Source: Planctomycetota bacterium (GTDB lineage Bacteria; Planctomycetota; UBA1135; GCA-002686595). Taken from it: a stretch of 64,000 nt of DNA. The notes under the pieces were generated by a model. That model saw nothing but the letters and a program-made list of their open reading frames with translations. It made no database searches and had not been told where the DNA came from. Below, piece after piece: positions 27,259 through 37,257 of this stretch (within the stretch, counting starts at the first letter, position 1; the number at the start of each line of letters is the position of its first letter). The stretch spans positions 18,801-82,800 of the forward strand of contig NYYZ01000044.1 in NCBI GenBank assembly GCA_002686945.1, written 5' to 3'. The translations under genes were made by a program, and so were the position numbers.

Positions 27259-27966
27259 TCAGTGCCCCATTTGGTAGGTAACGATCTGATGACTACGCAC
27301 ATCGCCGCCAGTCAGTTCGAAGGGATCCGAAGGCGTACCATCGGGGTGAAAGGCTACGGTTGGATAACCACTCTCGTCCCATTGACTTCCGATCCGGCTA
27401 CTACGAGCATCGACCCACTCAACCATCAGTATCAGGCTCAAGCCATCCGGGGCCTCGAAGTCCGGGTCCGGACCGGGAGTTACGGGGATGCTGGCCAGGT
27501 CCAGACCAGGGTAGGTGAAGAACAAGCGCTGCTCACGCAGCGCTGCCAGCCGGCTCTTGAAGATCTCTTGGCGGTCCTCGCCGGGCTCAGGTGGAGGCGG
27601 TTGCACCTGTCGAGCCCGCAAGCCCTCGGAGTATGCGGGCACCAACCAGCGCGGACCATACTCCGCAGCACCCGCCCAATCCGTGTCTGCAAGGGCCGAG
27701 TCAGGGTAGAAACGTGTGCTGGGATAACCCACCAGCTTGGACTCGATGTCCTGGGCCAGGATGTCTTCCATGGCAGAGGACAATTCAGAGAGGGCCAGGT
27801 TCTTTTCTGCGGAGCCCGTGCTCGATCGATTGATCACCATCTGACCACTGAAGTGCGCCCCGAGCGAAACCCCCAGAACACCAAGAGCCATGACGACCTC
27901 GACAATCGAAAGCCCCCTCTTGGCCCCTCGGCCTGTTCGTGAATTCCACCCCCTTACGATCATCAT
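27259..27966 (-). CDS. Prepilin-type N-terminal cleavage/methylation-domain protein (pseudopilin, 235 aa)
   Basis: ...RGAKRG|LSIVEVVMALGVLGVSLGA shows Gly-1 and Glu+5. The ATGATG start at 27966 is preceded by AAAGGGG. The ORF-track start at 28050 adds a non-pilin extension. Confidence 0.7.
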   Translation of the reverse strand: MMIVRGWNSRTGRGAKRGLSIVEVVMALGVLGVSLGAHFSGQMVINRSSTGSAEKNLALSELSSAMEDILAQDIESKLVGYPSTRFYPDSALADTDWAGAAEYGPRWLVPAYSEGLRARQVQPPPPEPGEDRQEIFKSRLAALREQRLFFTYPGLDLASIPVTPGPDPDFEAPDGLSLILMVEWVDARSSRIGSQWDESGYPTVAFHPDGTPSDPFELTGGDVRSHQIVTYQMGH

Positions 27967-28079
27967 GCCCCTTTCCTGATTTCTGAACGGACCACGCGTT
28001 TTCCCCGCGCTTCTCATCCATACCCTGTTTCGGCTCTCCCCATCCCCCACCCCAAACCTAACGGGGAGGGTCCTAGAAT

Positions 28080-28095
28080 GGCGCTTTGAGTGCCT
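28080..28095 (-). promoter_or_regulatory. Weak sigma-54 (-24/-12)-like element upstream of the pseudopilin operon
   Basis: The minus strand reads aGGCAC-tcaaa-gcGCc. GG and GC have correct spacing and the -24 half is good, but the -12 half is poor. It lies ~115 nt upstream of ATG 27966. Confidence 0.15.
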
Positions 28096-28934
28096 CAGTG
28101 TTGGTCAGGAGAACCAGCCTGAAGAGCAGTGTTGGCACTCAGACGCTCAAAGGGAGACAGATAGCGAGCGAGTTCATGGGTTTCGAAACCCGCTGAGGCC
28201 AAGGCCGGACCAAGGGCTCCTGGTTCTCGTTCCGCAAGAACCAGATCCTCGGCCCCAAGTTCCACCCGCGCATGAGACCCTTGGTGACGCACGCGCAGGA
28301 CGCTCAGGCCCAGATCCATGAGAGCGTTCTCTGCCGCTTCCACTTGGGCCAGGGCCTCGACAGAGACCACCGTACCCACCGGTATGCGCGATGCGAGACA
28401 CGCGCTGGCAGGCTTGTCCGCCACATTCAAGCCCGCTTCCGCCGCGTAACGTCGCACATCCTGTTTACTGAAGCCCGCCTGGGCCAGGGGTGCCTGCACC
28501 CCGTGTTCCTGGGCAGCGCGCTGACCCGGGCGATCATCAAACGCATCGTCTGCAATCTCTCCAAGAGCAACAAAGGGGATCGCGCGCTCTTGACGCCACT
28601 CGTCCAGGGCCCGAAAAAGGGCCGCCTTGCAGAAGTAGCAGCGATCACCCTGGTTGGATTGATAGGCCGGATCCAATTGTTCGTCTGTGCGAAGCTCCAC
28701 CAACTCGATGCCGATTTCAATAGCCGTTTCCCGCGCGGCAATGAGTTCCCGCCTTGGAAGGGACGCGGAATCAGCAATCACCGCGCAAGCCTTGTCCCCT
28801 AGCACGGCCACAGCTGCGTGACACAAGACGCTTGAATCCACACCCCCTGAGAAGGCGATGGCCAAGGGCGAGAGTTCCGACAGGCTCTTGAGCAGAGCAG
28901 CCTTGCGATCCAGATAGGGGTCGCAAACAGCCAT
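28095..28934 (-). CDS. larE: ATP-dependent sacrificial sulfur transferase LarE (PP-loop ATP pyrophosphatase)
   Basis: The PP-loop AFSGGVDSSVL, CYFCK, and the conserved PASACLASRIP Cys loop are present. ATG 28934 overlaps the upstream stop (ATGA). The longer 467-aa ORF extension was rejected. Confidence 0.8.
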   Translation of the reverse strand: MAVCDPYLDRKAALLKSLSELSPLAIAFSGGVDSSVLCHAAVAVLGDKACAVIADSASLPRRELIAARETAIEIGIELVELRTDEQLDPAYQSNQGDRCYFCKAALFRALDEWRQERAIPFVALGEIADDAFDDRPGQRAAQEHGVQAPLAQAGFSKQDVRRYAAEAGLNVADKPASACLASRIPVGTVVSVEALAQVEAAENALMDLGLSVLRVRHQGSHARVELGAEDLVLAEREPGALGPALASAGFETHELARYLSPFERLSANTALQAGSPDQH

Positions 28935-29458
28935 CAGCGAGCCGCCTCTCCTTTCCCCAGGTACAAACGAATGTTGTCCACATAACCCTGAGCAGAGCGC
29001 CTGAAACCCGCCACCTCCTCGTCGCTGATCTGGCGCACGATACGCCCAGGAACACCAGCCAGCAAAGATCGCGGAGGCACCTGCATGCCCTCCTTGACCA
29101 CCGTACCAGCGGCGATCAAGCACTCCTCTCCGATTGAGGACCCGGCCAGGAGAAGCGCGCCCATTCCGATCAAGGACCGGTCCCCTACGCGCACGCCGTG
29201 CAACACGCACCCATGCCCCACGGTGACCTCTTCCCCGATCACATTTGGCAGCCCCGGATCCGCATGAACCATGGTCAGATCCTGAATATTGGTGCGCGCG
29301 CCAATCACCAGGGGCGCATCGTCTCCACGCAGGACACATCCAAACCAAATCGAGGCATCTGCCCCCAAAGTGATGTCTCCAGTCAACACCGCGCCCTCCG
29401 CGGCAAAGGCACCCCCGGACAGGGGCTTCATCAAGTCGTTGCTGGGGTACAGGGTCAT
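28934..29458 (-). CDS. Gamma-class carbonic anhydrase family (hexapeptide-repeat, YrdA/PaaY-like) protein
   Basis: DASIWFGCVLRGD, IGARTNIQDLTMVH, TVGHGCVLHG, SLIGMGALLL and the C-terminal helix are typical of this left-handed beta-helix family. Confidence 0.85.
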   Translation of the reverse strand: MTLYPSNDLMKPLSGGAFAAEGAVLTGDITLGADASIWFGCVLRGDDAPLVIGARTNIQDLTMVHADPGLPNVIGEEVTVGHGCVLHGVRVGDRSLIGMGALLLAGSSIGEECLIAAGTVVKEGMQVPPRSLLAGVPGRIVRQISDEEVAGFRRSAQGYVDNIRLYLGKGEAAR

Positions 29459-30264
29459 AGCTCGCTGGCAAGGGACAGCAAAACCAACTGCACTCCATTA
29501 TTCATGGCGTGCAGGGCAAAAGGAACGAAGAGATTTCCACTCAGTACCATGGCAGCCCCCATGGCCAGAGCCAGGACAAAAATCGGTCCTGAGGCAGCCA
29601 TTCCGTGCAGCACGGCAAAAACCAGAGAACTCAAGCCGATTGCCCACGCTGCGCCCAGACGGGGACGCAGGCTGTTGAGCAGGATTCCACGAAAGACCAA
29701 TTCCTCCAGGAACGGTATCAAGAGCACCGCCAGCAGGAACACGAGGGCGGAGCCCTCCTGGCCGCCTGAAATCAGGTCCTTCACATCTTGCACGGGCAAC
29801 TCGCCAGTAAAGAACACCCAGACCTGAACCCAGAACAGGTTGAACCCGAAGAACAAGGGCATCAACAGGAACCAGGCCATGATTCCAGTGCGCAGGCCGC
29901 GTCCGGTTCCACGGCTGACCCAACCCAGGGCATCAAGGCGATTCGCAGCCAGACTGCTTCGAAGGGCTGGATAGCTGGCGAGAGCCATCAGGGCAGCAGA
30001 AAGAGCCAAGAGCCGCCCTGCATCGAGTTCCAGGTCCACGGCCACAATCAGTCCGCCAATGGCCAGATTGGCAATGGTGAACAGCAAGAGCCCCCCCACC
30101 AGTTCCCGACGACCCACCGCGGGCGGAATAGGAGGCCCTGAGCGAGGATGTCGGCCCTTGATCATCTGAACCGCAAGGACTCCCATTCCTGCCCCAAACA
30201 GCATCATGCCCAGGGACAAGAGCAGAAAGAGAGGGCTCTGGATTTCGCTTGGGTCCAGCGGCAT
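29455..30264 (-). CDS. CPBP family intramembrane glutamic endopeptidase (CAAX protease-like)
   Basis: The protein is multi-TM, with motif 1 EELVFRGILLN and the later motifs FAVLH and FALHAMNN. Starts and stops overlap on both sides. Confidence 0.8.
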   Translation of the reverse strand: MPLDPSEIQSPLFLLLSLGMMLFGAGMGVLAVQMIKGRHPRSGPPIPPAVGRRELVGGLLLFTIANLAIGGLIVAVDLELDAGRLLALSAALMALASYPALRSSLAANRLDALGWVSRGTGRGLRTGIMAWFLLMPLFFGFNLFWVQVWVFFTGELPVQDVKDLISGGQEGSALVFLLAVLLIPFLEELVFRGILLNSLRPRLGAAWAIGLSSLVFAVLHGMAASGPIFVLALAMGAAMVLSGNLFVPFALHAMNNGVQLVLLSLASEL

Positions 30265-31064
30265 CAGAGAGAAAGCGCCTCGCCCAGCAAGCCCGTTGCA
30301 GGGGAAGAGGCCTGGGCATGCAAACGAGAAGGTATGCGCCCGGCCAGATAAGCGTCCCTGCCCGCGCGACAGGCGGATTTCATGGCCCTTGCCATGAGCA
30401 CTGGCTCCTCGGCTCCAGCCACGGCAGAATTCAACAGCACCCCATCCGCCCCCAGTTCCATGGCCAAGGCAACATCGCTGGCGGTGCCCAGCCCCGCATC
30501 CACGATCAAGGGCAATTCAACGAGACTGCGTGCGATCTCTATGTTCCCCGGATTGGCCACGCCGCGACCAGAACCGATGGGCGACCCTGCCGGCATCACT
30601 GCCGCGGCCCCAGCCTGCTCCAAGGTCGCAACCAGACGAGGGTCGTCCGAACAATAGGCCATGACAACAAAACCCTCGTCTACAAGAATGCGGGTAGCCT
30701 CAACAGTGCCAATAGGATCCGGCAAGAGAGTGTGCGGATCACCGATGACCTCCAACTTGACCAGAGGCGTGTCAAGCAACTCGCGGGCCAGGCGCGCGGT
30801 TCGCAAGGCATCGCTCACCTCATAGCAGCCGGCAGTATTTGGCAGAATCTGAAAACGCTCGCGGTCGATGTGATCAAGCAAGCTCGTCCCTGCACGCTGA
30901 TCCAAATTGACCCGCCGCACGGCCACGGTGATCAATTCAGCGCCCGATGCTTCTAGGCAAGCAACCATCTCCTCGTGCGACGCATAACGCCCAGAGCCCA
31001 TCAAGAGGCGCGAGGTCAACTGCAGGGGGCCGATCTCAAGTGGCTTGTCCAGACGCACACCCAT
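30264..31064 (-). CDS. thiG: Thiazole synthase ThiG
   Basis: LEIGPLQLTSRLLMGSGRY, ILPNTAGC, VMPAGSPIGSG and GADGVLLNSAVA are present, with full-length collinearity to ThiG. Confidence 0.9.
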   Translation of the reverse strand: MGVRLDKPLEIGPLQLTSRLLMGSGRYASHEEMVACLEASGAELITVAVRRVNLDQRAGTSLLDHIDRERFQILPNTAGCYEVSDALRTARLARELLDTPLVKLEVIGDPHTLLPDPIGTVEATRILVDEGFVVMAYCSDDPRLVATLEQAGAAAVMPAGSPIGSGRGVANPGNIEIARSLVELPLIVDAGLGTASDVALAMELGADGVLLNSAVAGAEEPVLMARAMKSACRAGRDAYLAGRIPSRLHAQASSPATGLLGEALSL

Positions 31065-31067
31065 GGC

Positions 31068-31286
31068 TCAGCCTCCCCCCACCAAAGTCACCACTTCGAT
31101 GCGGTCACCAGCGCTCAGCTCACGCACGGGCCACTTCCTTTTGGGAACCAGTTCGCCGTTGATTTCCAGAGCCACCTGTGCATCCGCGAGCCCCAGGGTC
31201 TTGAGCAAATCCGGCAGCAGGCTGCCAGTGGGCACCTCCTGGGGCTTGCCATTCACCGCAAGGGTCAGACTCATGCGCTGCATCAT
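31068..31286 (-). CDS. thiS: Sulfur-carrier protein ThiS
   Basis: This ~70-aa protein has a ubiquitin-like fold signature, INGELVPKRKW, and a C-terminal VGGG. It lies directly upstream of thiG. The start is ambiguous (TTG 31292, ATG 31286/31283/31274). Confidence 0.8.
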   Translation of the reverse strand: MMQRMSLTLAVNGKPQEVPTGSLLPDLLKTLGLADAQVALEINGELVPKRKWPVRELSAGDRIEVVTLVGGG

Positions 31287-31296
31287 AGCCAAGACC

Positions 31297-32487
31297 TCAG
31301 GTCACACGCAGGAAGGCGCACTTGAGGTAGTCGCTCTCGGGCAAACCGAGACGCACCGGATGGTCCGGGGAGGCCCCTGTAAGAGCCTCCAGCATGGTGT
31401 CTCGACCGCTGACTCTGGCTGCAGAAGCCAGATGCCCCAAGAATTCCGAGGCATAGATCGCATGAGAACAGGAAGCACTGACCAGATGCCCACCGCTGGC
31501 GGCCAAGAGCATGGCCCGCCGGTTGAGTTCCACATAGCCGCGCTCGGCTCCGCGCTTCTCGCGCTTGTTGCGGGCGAAAGCCGGGGGATCGACGATGATC
31601 GTATCCCAGATTTCCTTGGCCTCGGCCCGGGAGCGCAGGTCCTTCATGCAATCCACTCGCTCAACCTTGACGCGCTCGGCCACACCAGAGAGTTCCGAGT
31701 TGACCCGAATCCGCTCACAGGCGGCGGCGTTTTGTTCCAGACAAAGGACCTCTTCCGCTCCGGCCAGAGCCGCGCGAATTCCAAACAACCCGTCATAGGC
31801 AAAAGTATCCAGCACCCGGCCTCCTGGGCGCAGTGCGGCAGCCCGCATCCGATTCTCACTCATGTCCAGATAGGCGCCGGTCTTGTGTCCCTCGCGCACA
31901 TCCACCTGATAGATCAGGCCACCGCTCTCCTGTACTTGAATCGGTCCATCTATGGCGCCACTCAAGAGTTCCACTCGGGGCTCGAGTCCCTCCAAACGAC
32001 GCACCGAAAGGTCCGAGCGCTCCAGCACGGCGGCGGCTTCAAAGGGCAGTACTTCAAGCAGCACCTCCACAAAGAAGTCACGCATGCGCTCCGCCGCCTG
32101 GGTGCCTATCTGCAACACCAGCGTTGCGCCGTAGCGGTCAACGATCAATCCCGGAACCCCCTCCGCGTCCCCACTGATCAAGCGGCAAGCGCCCTCGGGC
32201 TCCAGCATTCCCAGGTTGATTCGCGCTTGAATTGCCCGCTGCATGCGACCAAGCCAGAATTCCCGATTTGGCTGCTGCTCCTCCCGGGTAACCATGCGCA
32301 GGGCAATCTTTGATTCCGCGCTGAAGAGCGCCCAGCCCAGGAGTTCCCCCTGGGGAGCGTGCACCGGCACCAATTCCCCAGGAGTGCCCTCGCCGTCGGC
32401 CACATCATCGGCGTATATCCAAGGATGGCCGTTCAGCAGCCACCGACGGCCCTTGCCGCTCAAAATCATCTTACCCATGGAGTTCAA
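31297..32487 (-). CDS. rlmI: Class I SAM-dependent 23S rRNA (cytosine-C5) methyltransferase, RlmI-like (PUA + MTase)
   Basis: The N-terminus has GHPWIYADDV (PUA-type). The MTase core has VLDTFAYDGLFGIRAA and IVDPPAF. Confidence 0.7.
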   Translation of the reverse strand: MNSMGKMILSGKGRRWLLNGHPWIYADDVADGEGTPGELVPVHAPQGELLGWALFSAESKIALRMVTREEQQPNREFWLGRMQRAIQARINLGMLEPEGACRLISGDAEGVPGLIVDRYGATLVLQIGTQAAERMRDFFVEVLLEVLPFEAAAVLERSDLSVRRLEGLEPRVELLSGAIDGPIQVQESGGLIYQVDVREGHKTGAYLDMSENRMRAAALRPGGRVLDTFAYDGLFGIRAALAGAEEVLCLEQNAAACERIRVNSELSGVAERVKVERVDCMKDLRSRAEAKEIWDTIIVDPPAFARNKREKRGAERGYVELNRRAMLLAASGGHLVSASCSHAIYASEFLGHLASAARVSGRDTMLEALTGASPDHPVRLGLPESDYLKCAFLRVT

Positions 32488-32552
32488 TCCTCTTTGTCGA
32501 GCCGCGTAGCTTACCCGACAGCGGACTGGGTTGGGGAATGAACCTGGGCCAG

Positions 32553-34850
32553 CTACTGAACCAGGGCCACGAAGCGCGGATCGTCTCGCAGACTGGCCAG
32601 ATCCGGATCACGTGCTGCCCAATCCTTCTCCCGGCGCAGTTCTCCTGGACTGGTTCCCGCCTGATCCAAGGACCGTCTCAACCAATCCAAGGCCGCCTCA
32701 CGATTCCCCAAGAGGGCGTGGGTGCAAGCCAGGTTGTACTCCATTCCGGGTTCAGGGCTGGCCCGGCGCAGTAGGTCCCGGGCCTCGTCCAGGCGACCCG
32801 CCCGCGCACGATAGCAGGCCAGGAGCACCGTTGAGGCCGCGTTGGTGCTCAGCTCATGTGCCCGCTCCACCCAGACCACCGCCCGTTCCGGCTGACCGAG
32901 TTTGACGTTGGCATTCACAGCCAAGGAAGACAGGAGCCTCGCCAGTTGCTCCTCTGCCTGGGACACGGACCTCGTCGCCATTCCGCGGGTCTTGAGAGTC
33001 GCGATCAGGCTCTCAATACGTTCGACGCCACGCAAGAGGGACTCTTCTGCTCGCAGGGGTTCATCCAAGTCGGTGTAAGCGCTGCCTTCCTGCATCTCTG
33101 CTTTGGCCTGTTGGATCTGGGACAAGAGAAACCAACTTGATGTGTCGCTGGCCCGGGCCATGTCACGGCCATAGCGTGCAGCCAGGGCGAGAGCCTCCTG
33201 GGGCCTTCCCTCCCGGCGCAGGTCCCCCGCCAGCACCAGGGCCAAGTCGCTGGGCCAGCGCAAGTTGCTGTACGCGTCCCAATCCAATCGGGCCCGCACC
33301 AGATTCTGTGCGAATCGTACCTGAGCCGCCTTCTCCTGTTCCGCACGAAACGACTCCACATCGATCAGAAAGGGCACACGCAAGGCTTCAACTTCCTCGC
33401 GCCGTGCCTGGGCCAATTGCTCACTGGCGTACAACATCCTGCGGCGCGTGACATCAATCCAATAGACACGCTCGGGATCCTTGAGCGGATTGGTGACGAC
33501 CTCATCATCCCAGGCAAAAGGCTCGAATCCGGGCATTTCACGCCCGGAAACCGTGGCCAGAATGCGCCCCATGGTCAGACGGGCAGCCAGGACTTCATTT
33601 GGGGAGAGACCCGGCAAGTGACGCTGATCGATGAGCAGAAGCGCCATCGACAGGTCTGCCCGCAGGACCGCATCCCAAGTGTTGGAGCTGCGGATGCCAT
33701 GCCGGGCCTCGGCCGCATCGAGCTCAAGACACGCCTTGTGCAGTTCTCGGGCGGCGGACAGAGAGTCCCCAAGCGCCTGATCCCCTTGCAGGCCAGGATC
33801 CTGGAGCAGCGCCCCGTAGAGGTCTGCCAAGAACAGCAGCACACGCACCTGCATGGCACGCACATGGAACGCCTGTCTGATGCGCACGCTTGAACGGTCG
33901 CCTCGGGCGGAAATGATCGGAGCCAGGTAGGTGTGAGCGCGAGCCAGGTATTTTTCACTGGCCACCGAATCCCCGCCCCCCATGGCCACTATGGCTGCCA
34001 AGAGGTGAATCCGACTGGCGGTCAGCTGCGCGTCAAACGAACCCCGCTGATCCAGCAGGATTCCTGGCACCTGTCGCAGAAGCGCCTCGGACCAGCGCCG
34101 CGCCAGATCCCAATCCCCGCCACCCATCAAGGTCGCCCGCACCAGATCCATCAGCAGTCCTGGCTTGTGAGGATCCACGCGCAGGATCGCTTCGCCCCTC
34201 AGGGCCATCAGCTCGGAATCTCCAAGGAAAGCCAGTCGGGCCACCAGGGTCTGCAGCCCCAGCGTCCCGGCCGCGCGCAACCTGGGATCCACTCCCCGGG
34301 ACAGGAAGACTAATTCCCCTGGGCTCTCAAGGGGGGCGGAAGGGTCAACCAGCAGTGGCGCCAGCTTGGCTATGGCGGCAACGGTCAGGGTTGGGTCCAG
34401 CCCGAGGCCCTCTCCCCCTGGGCCCAGAAGGGCCAGCAGAGGCCCCAGGCTACGAGAACTGTCAGGAAGAAAACCCAATGCCAGGGCTCCCTGGGCAGGC
34501 TCAAGGCCCTTGGCCACATCAACCAGGACCTGGCACCCTGCCCGTGCATCGAAGGCACCAAGGATCTCCATAGCCAGCAGGCCCAGCTCTGATTCAGTGC
34601 CCTGTCCGGCGATATTGGCCAGAATCTCCAAGAGGGCCGGGGAGCCCCTTCCGGGATCCACGCGCAATGCAAGCAGAGCTTCACGGCGTTGCTCGAAAGT
34701 CAATTCAGGAGCCAGGCGGCTCACCCAAACCCCAGCCTGCTGGTCTGGGTTCTTCTGCTCCAACAAGACCTCCCCCTGACGGGCCAGGACTGGACTGCCA
34801 GCGACCGCCAGTGCCAGCACCAGCGCGTGGCAGCAGATCCCGCTCCTCAT
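32553..34850 (-). CDS. Secreted TPR/helical-repeat protein (765 aa)
   Basis: A signal peptide is present ([25 protein letters not shown]). The body is long and all-helical, with TPR-like units at the C-terminus ([25 protein letters not shown]). ATG overlaps the stop of the activator gene (ATGA at 34847-34850). Confidence 0.6.
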   Translation of the reverse strand: MRSGICCHALVLALAVAGSPVLARQGEVLLEQKNPDQQAGVWVSRLAPELTFEQRREALLALRVDPGRGSPALLEILANIAGQGTESELGLLAMEILGAFDARAGCQVLVDVAKGLEPAQGALALGFLPDSSRSLGPLLALLGPGGEGLGLDPTLTVAAIAKLAPLLVDPSAPLESPGELVFLSRGVDPRLRAAGTLGLQTLVARLAFLGDSELMALRGEAILRVDPHKPGLLMDLVRATLMGGGDWDLARRWSEALLRQVPGILLDQRGSFDAQLTASRIHLLAAIVAMGGGDSVASEKYLARAHTYLAPIISARGDRSSVRIRQAFHVRAMQVRVLLFLADLYGALLQDPGLQGDQALGDSLSAARELHKACLELDAAEARHGIRSSNTWDAVLRADLSMALLLIDQRHLPGLSPNEVLAARLTMGRILATVSGREMPGFEPFAWDDEVVTNPLKDPERVYWIDVTRRRMLYASEQLAQARREEVEALRVPFLIDVESFRAEQEKAAQVRFAQNLVRARLDWDAYSNLRWPSDLALVLAGDLRREGRPQEALALAARYGRDMARASDTSSWFLLSQIQQAKAEMQEGSAYTDLDEPLRAEESLLRGVERIESLIATLKTRGMATRSVSQAEEQLARLLSSLAVNANVKLGQPERAVVWVERAHELSTNAASTVLLACYRARAGRLDEARDLLRRASPEPGMEYNLACTHALLGNREAALDWLRRSLDQAGTSPGELRREKDWAARDPDLASLRDDPRFVALVQ

Positions 34851-36028
34851 GCCTGCGGATCCTCCTCCTCTTCCGCTTCCTGTCCCGCCTGGCGCTGTTC
34901 CCCACGGCGCAGACGATAACCGAAAGTTCGCCGGGAGAGGCCCAGCCGACGGGCAGCAGCAGAGGCATTGCCGCGAGTCGCTCGCATGGCCGCGAGCAGG
35001 AGAGCATCGGTCAATTCCTCCAGCGAAACGCCTGCTGCCAGCACCGACTCCGCGATTTGATCCGCCGCACCATGGACCTCTTCAAGTAGATACTCGAGCG
35101 CCTCCCGCTGAACTTCAGAATCACTCCCAGCTAGTGCCAGGGCCCTTTCCAGGGCATTTTCCAATTCCGCCAGGTTCCCGGGCCAGGAGTGTCTTGCAAG
35201 GAGGTCGAAGGCTTCCTCACTCACCGGTCGCGGCTTGAGTCCAGCTCTGGCGGCCGCATCTTTGATCAGAGCTGGCACCAGCTCTCGCAAGTCCTCGATG
35301 CGATCCCTCAGGGGCGGCACCACCAACTCCACCACCGCCAGACGATAAAACAGATCCTCCCGAAAACGCCCGGCCTCAACCTCCTCCTGCAAAGGCCGCC
35401 GACTGGTGGCAACAATTCGCACATCAATCGGCAGCGGTGTATCAGTGCCCAGGGGTTCGACCACCTTCTCTTGCAGCACGCGTAGCAACTTGGTCTGCAA
35501 TGGAGCTGGCAGGTCCTCCACCCCATCGAGCACCAGGGTGCCTCCTTGAGCGAGGCGGAATCGCCCAAGGCGCGCTTCGCCCGCGCCGGTGAAAGCCCCC
35601 GCCTCATGCCCGAACAACTCTGCCTCCAACAGGCCCGGCGACAGAGCTGCTGGCTGCACCACCACGAGCGGTCCCCCGGCGCACTGACTTGCGAGGTGCA
35701 GGGCCCTCGCGGCCCTTGATTTGCCGCTGCCCGGCTCACCTACGATCAGCACCGTTGTGCGGGTCTTGGCCAGCTTCTCCAATCGCTCCCTGAAGGCCTT
35801 GATAACTGCCGACTGGCCGTCGAGGGAGCAGGAATCCGCCAGGGCCTGGGAGGTCGACTGGGAATTCCCCCCAGAAGAGCCCGCATCAGGGCCTCCATTG
35901 GTTGACGCAGCCCCCTGGGGTACTTCAAACTGATCTGTCACAGTTCCTTTGGTCTTGGTCTGGTGAACACCTCCGGGTGCGCGCCAGAGCGCCTGCCGGA
36001 AGTGGGGGCTTACCCCGCTTCCTTGCAT
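34847..36028 (-). CDS. Sigma-54-dependent transcriptional activator (bEBP) lacking an N-terminal sensor/receiver domain
   Basis: Walker A (VGEPGSGKS), the GAFTGA loop ([11 protein letters not shown]), and a C-terminal Fis-type HTH ([23 protein letters not shown]) are present. Only ~70 low-complexity residues precede the AAA+ core. Confidence 0.85.
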   Translation of the reverse strand: MQGSGVSPHFRQALWRAPGGVHQTKTKGTVTDQFEVPQGAASTNGGPDAGSSGGNSQSTSQALADSCSLDGQSAVIKAFRERLEKLAKTRTTVLIVGEPGSGKSRAARALHLASQCAGGPLVVVQPAALSPGLLEAELFGHEAGAFTGAGEARLGRFRLAQGGTLVLDGVEDLPAPLQTKLLRVLQEKVVEPLGTDTPLPIDVRIVATSRRPLQEEVEAGRFREDLFYRLAVVELVVPPLRDRIEDLRELVPALIKDAAARAGLKPRPVSEEAFDLLARHSWPGNLAELENALERALALAGSDSEVQREALEYLLEEVHGAADQIAESVLAAGVSLEELTDALLLAAMRATRGNASAAARRLGLSRRTFGYRLRRGEQRQAGQEAEEEEDPQA

Positions 36029-36093
36029 ATTAGGCTAGGAACCCCTGCCGACGCCACAGAACCCTTTTACCAAGCCCTCAAGGGCAACAGACC

Positions 36094-37212
36094 ATGAACC
36101 CCGAAGAGCTCCTGCGCCTGATCGACGTCCTTCAAATCCAGAAGGATGTCTCCAAGGAAGCGATCTTCCTGGCCCTTGAGGACGCCCTGGCCCAGGGGGT
36201 TCGCAAGCGCCTTGGCATGGGTGAAGATCTGACGGTGCAGCTGGACCGCAAAACCGCCGAGATCACGGTCGAAGACGAGGAGGGCGAGTATGAAATCGAG
36301 TTGACCGAACTCGGGCGCATTGCGGCTCAAGCGGTCAAGCAAGGCTTCTTCCAACGGCTGCGCGAGGCCGAGCGTGATGTGCTCTATGAGGAATACGAGA
36401 ACCGCGTGGGCACGCTGGTCAACGGCCAGGTGCAGCGCTACGAAGGTCAGGATCTGGTAGTCAACCTGGGGCGGGCTGAAGCCTACCTTGCCCGCGAAGA
36501 CCGAGTGCGAGGCGAAACTTTCGCCCCTGGCGACCGCATCCGCGGCATCGTGGTCGAGGTGCGCAAGGATGGCAGCCGCGTCCGCATCCAACTCTCCCGT
36601 ACTCACCCTGACCTTGTGCGTCGACTCTTCGAGTTGGAAGTACCTGAAGTCGCTGACGAGATCATTCAGATTAAGCGGGTTGTACGCGAGCCCGGCTACC
36701 GCACCAAGATGGCCGTGATCTCCAGCGACCCGAAGATCGACAGCATTGGCGCCTGCGTGGGAGTGCGGGGTTCGCGCATCAAAGCGGTGATCGATGAATT
36801 GCGCGGTGAACGCATCGACATCATTCGTTGGAGCGACTCCCTCGAAACCCTGATCATGAACGGCCTCAAGCCCGCCTCGATCCACTTGGACAACATCTAC
36901 CCGGACGAAGACCGACATGCGGCAATCGTGCTAGTAGAAGAAGACCAGCAGTCTTTGGCTATCGGCAAGCGCGGCCAGAATGTGCGCCTGGCGAGCAAAC
37001 TCTGTGGTTGGGAAATCGACATCAAGACACGCGAGCAGTATTTTGCCACCGAGGACGGCTTGGACCCCAACGCTGAGACACCCGCAGAACTGGGAGAGTC
37101 AACACCCGAATCAGATGACGCCCCAGAGCAAGAAGCATCTGCCGTGGAGGCCCCCGCTGACACCGCAGCAACCACGGAAGTAGCCACCCCTCCTGGTGAA
37201 GACCAAGCCTGA
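36094..37212 (+). CDS. nusA: Transcription termination/antitermination factor NusA
   Basis: The N-terminus (EELLRLIDVLQIQKDVSKEAIFLALEDAL), an S1 domain and two KH domains (GACVGVRGSRIKAVIDELRGERIDII; AIGKRGQNVRLASKLCGWEIDI) are present, followed by an acidic tail. Confidence 0.92.
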   Translation: MNPEELLRLIDVLQIQKDVSKEAIFLALEDALAQGVRKRLGMGEDLTVQLDRKTAEITVEDEEGEYEIELTELGRIAAQAVKQGFFQRLREAERDVLYEEYENRVGTLVNGQVQRYEGQDLVVNLGRAEAYLAREDRVRGETFAPGDRIRGIVVEVRKDGSRVRIQLSRTHPDLVRRLFELEVPEVADEIIQIKRVVREPGYRTKMAVISSDPKIDSIGACVGVRGSRIKAVIDELRGERIDIIRWSDSLETLIMNGLKPASIHLDNIYPDEDRHAAIVLVEEDQQSLAIGKRGQNVRLASKLCGWEIDIKTREQYFATEDGLDPNAETPAELGESTPESDDAPEQEASAVEAPADTAATTEVATPPGEDQA

Positions 37213-37257
37213 ATCCTGCTCACCTTGTGCAGAAGCAAAACCCAGCCCCCACTCCAG

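Noticed and set aside
28044-28070. Possible intrinsic terminator after larE (minus strand CCCTCCCC-gttaggttt-GGGGTGGG).
   Set aside because: The stem has a central mismatch and no U-tract follows. The region is more likely part of the pseudopilin leader or promoter.
28935-29498. N-terminal 188-aa extension of the 467-aa ORF containing LarE.
   Set aside because: The extension overlaps the gamma-carbonic-anhydrase gene, which has unmistakable hexapeptide-repeat motifs in another frame. The LarE homology begins at the internal ATG 28934, which forms an ATGA overlap with the CA stop.
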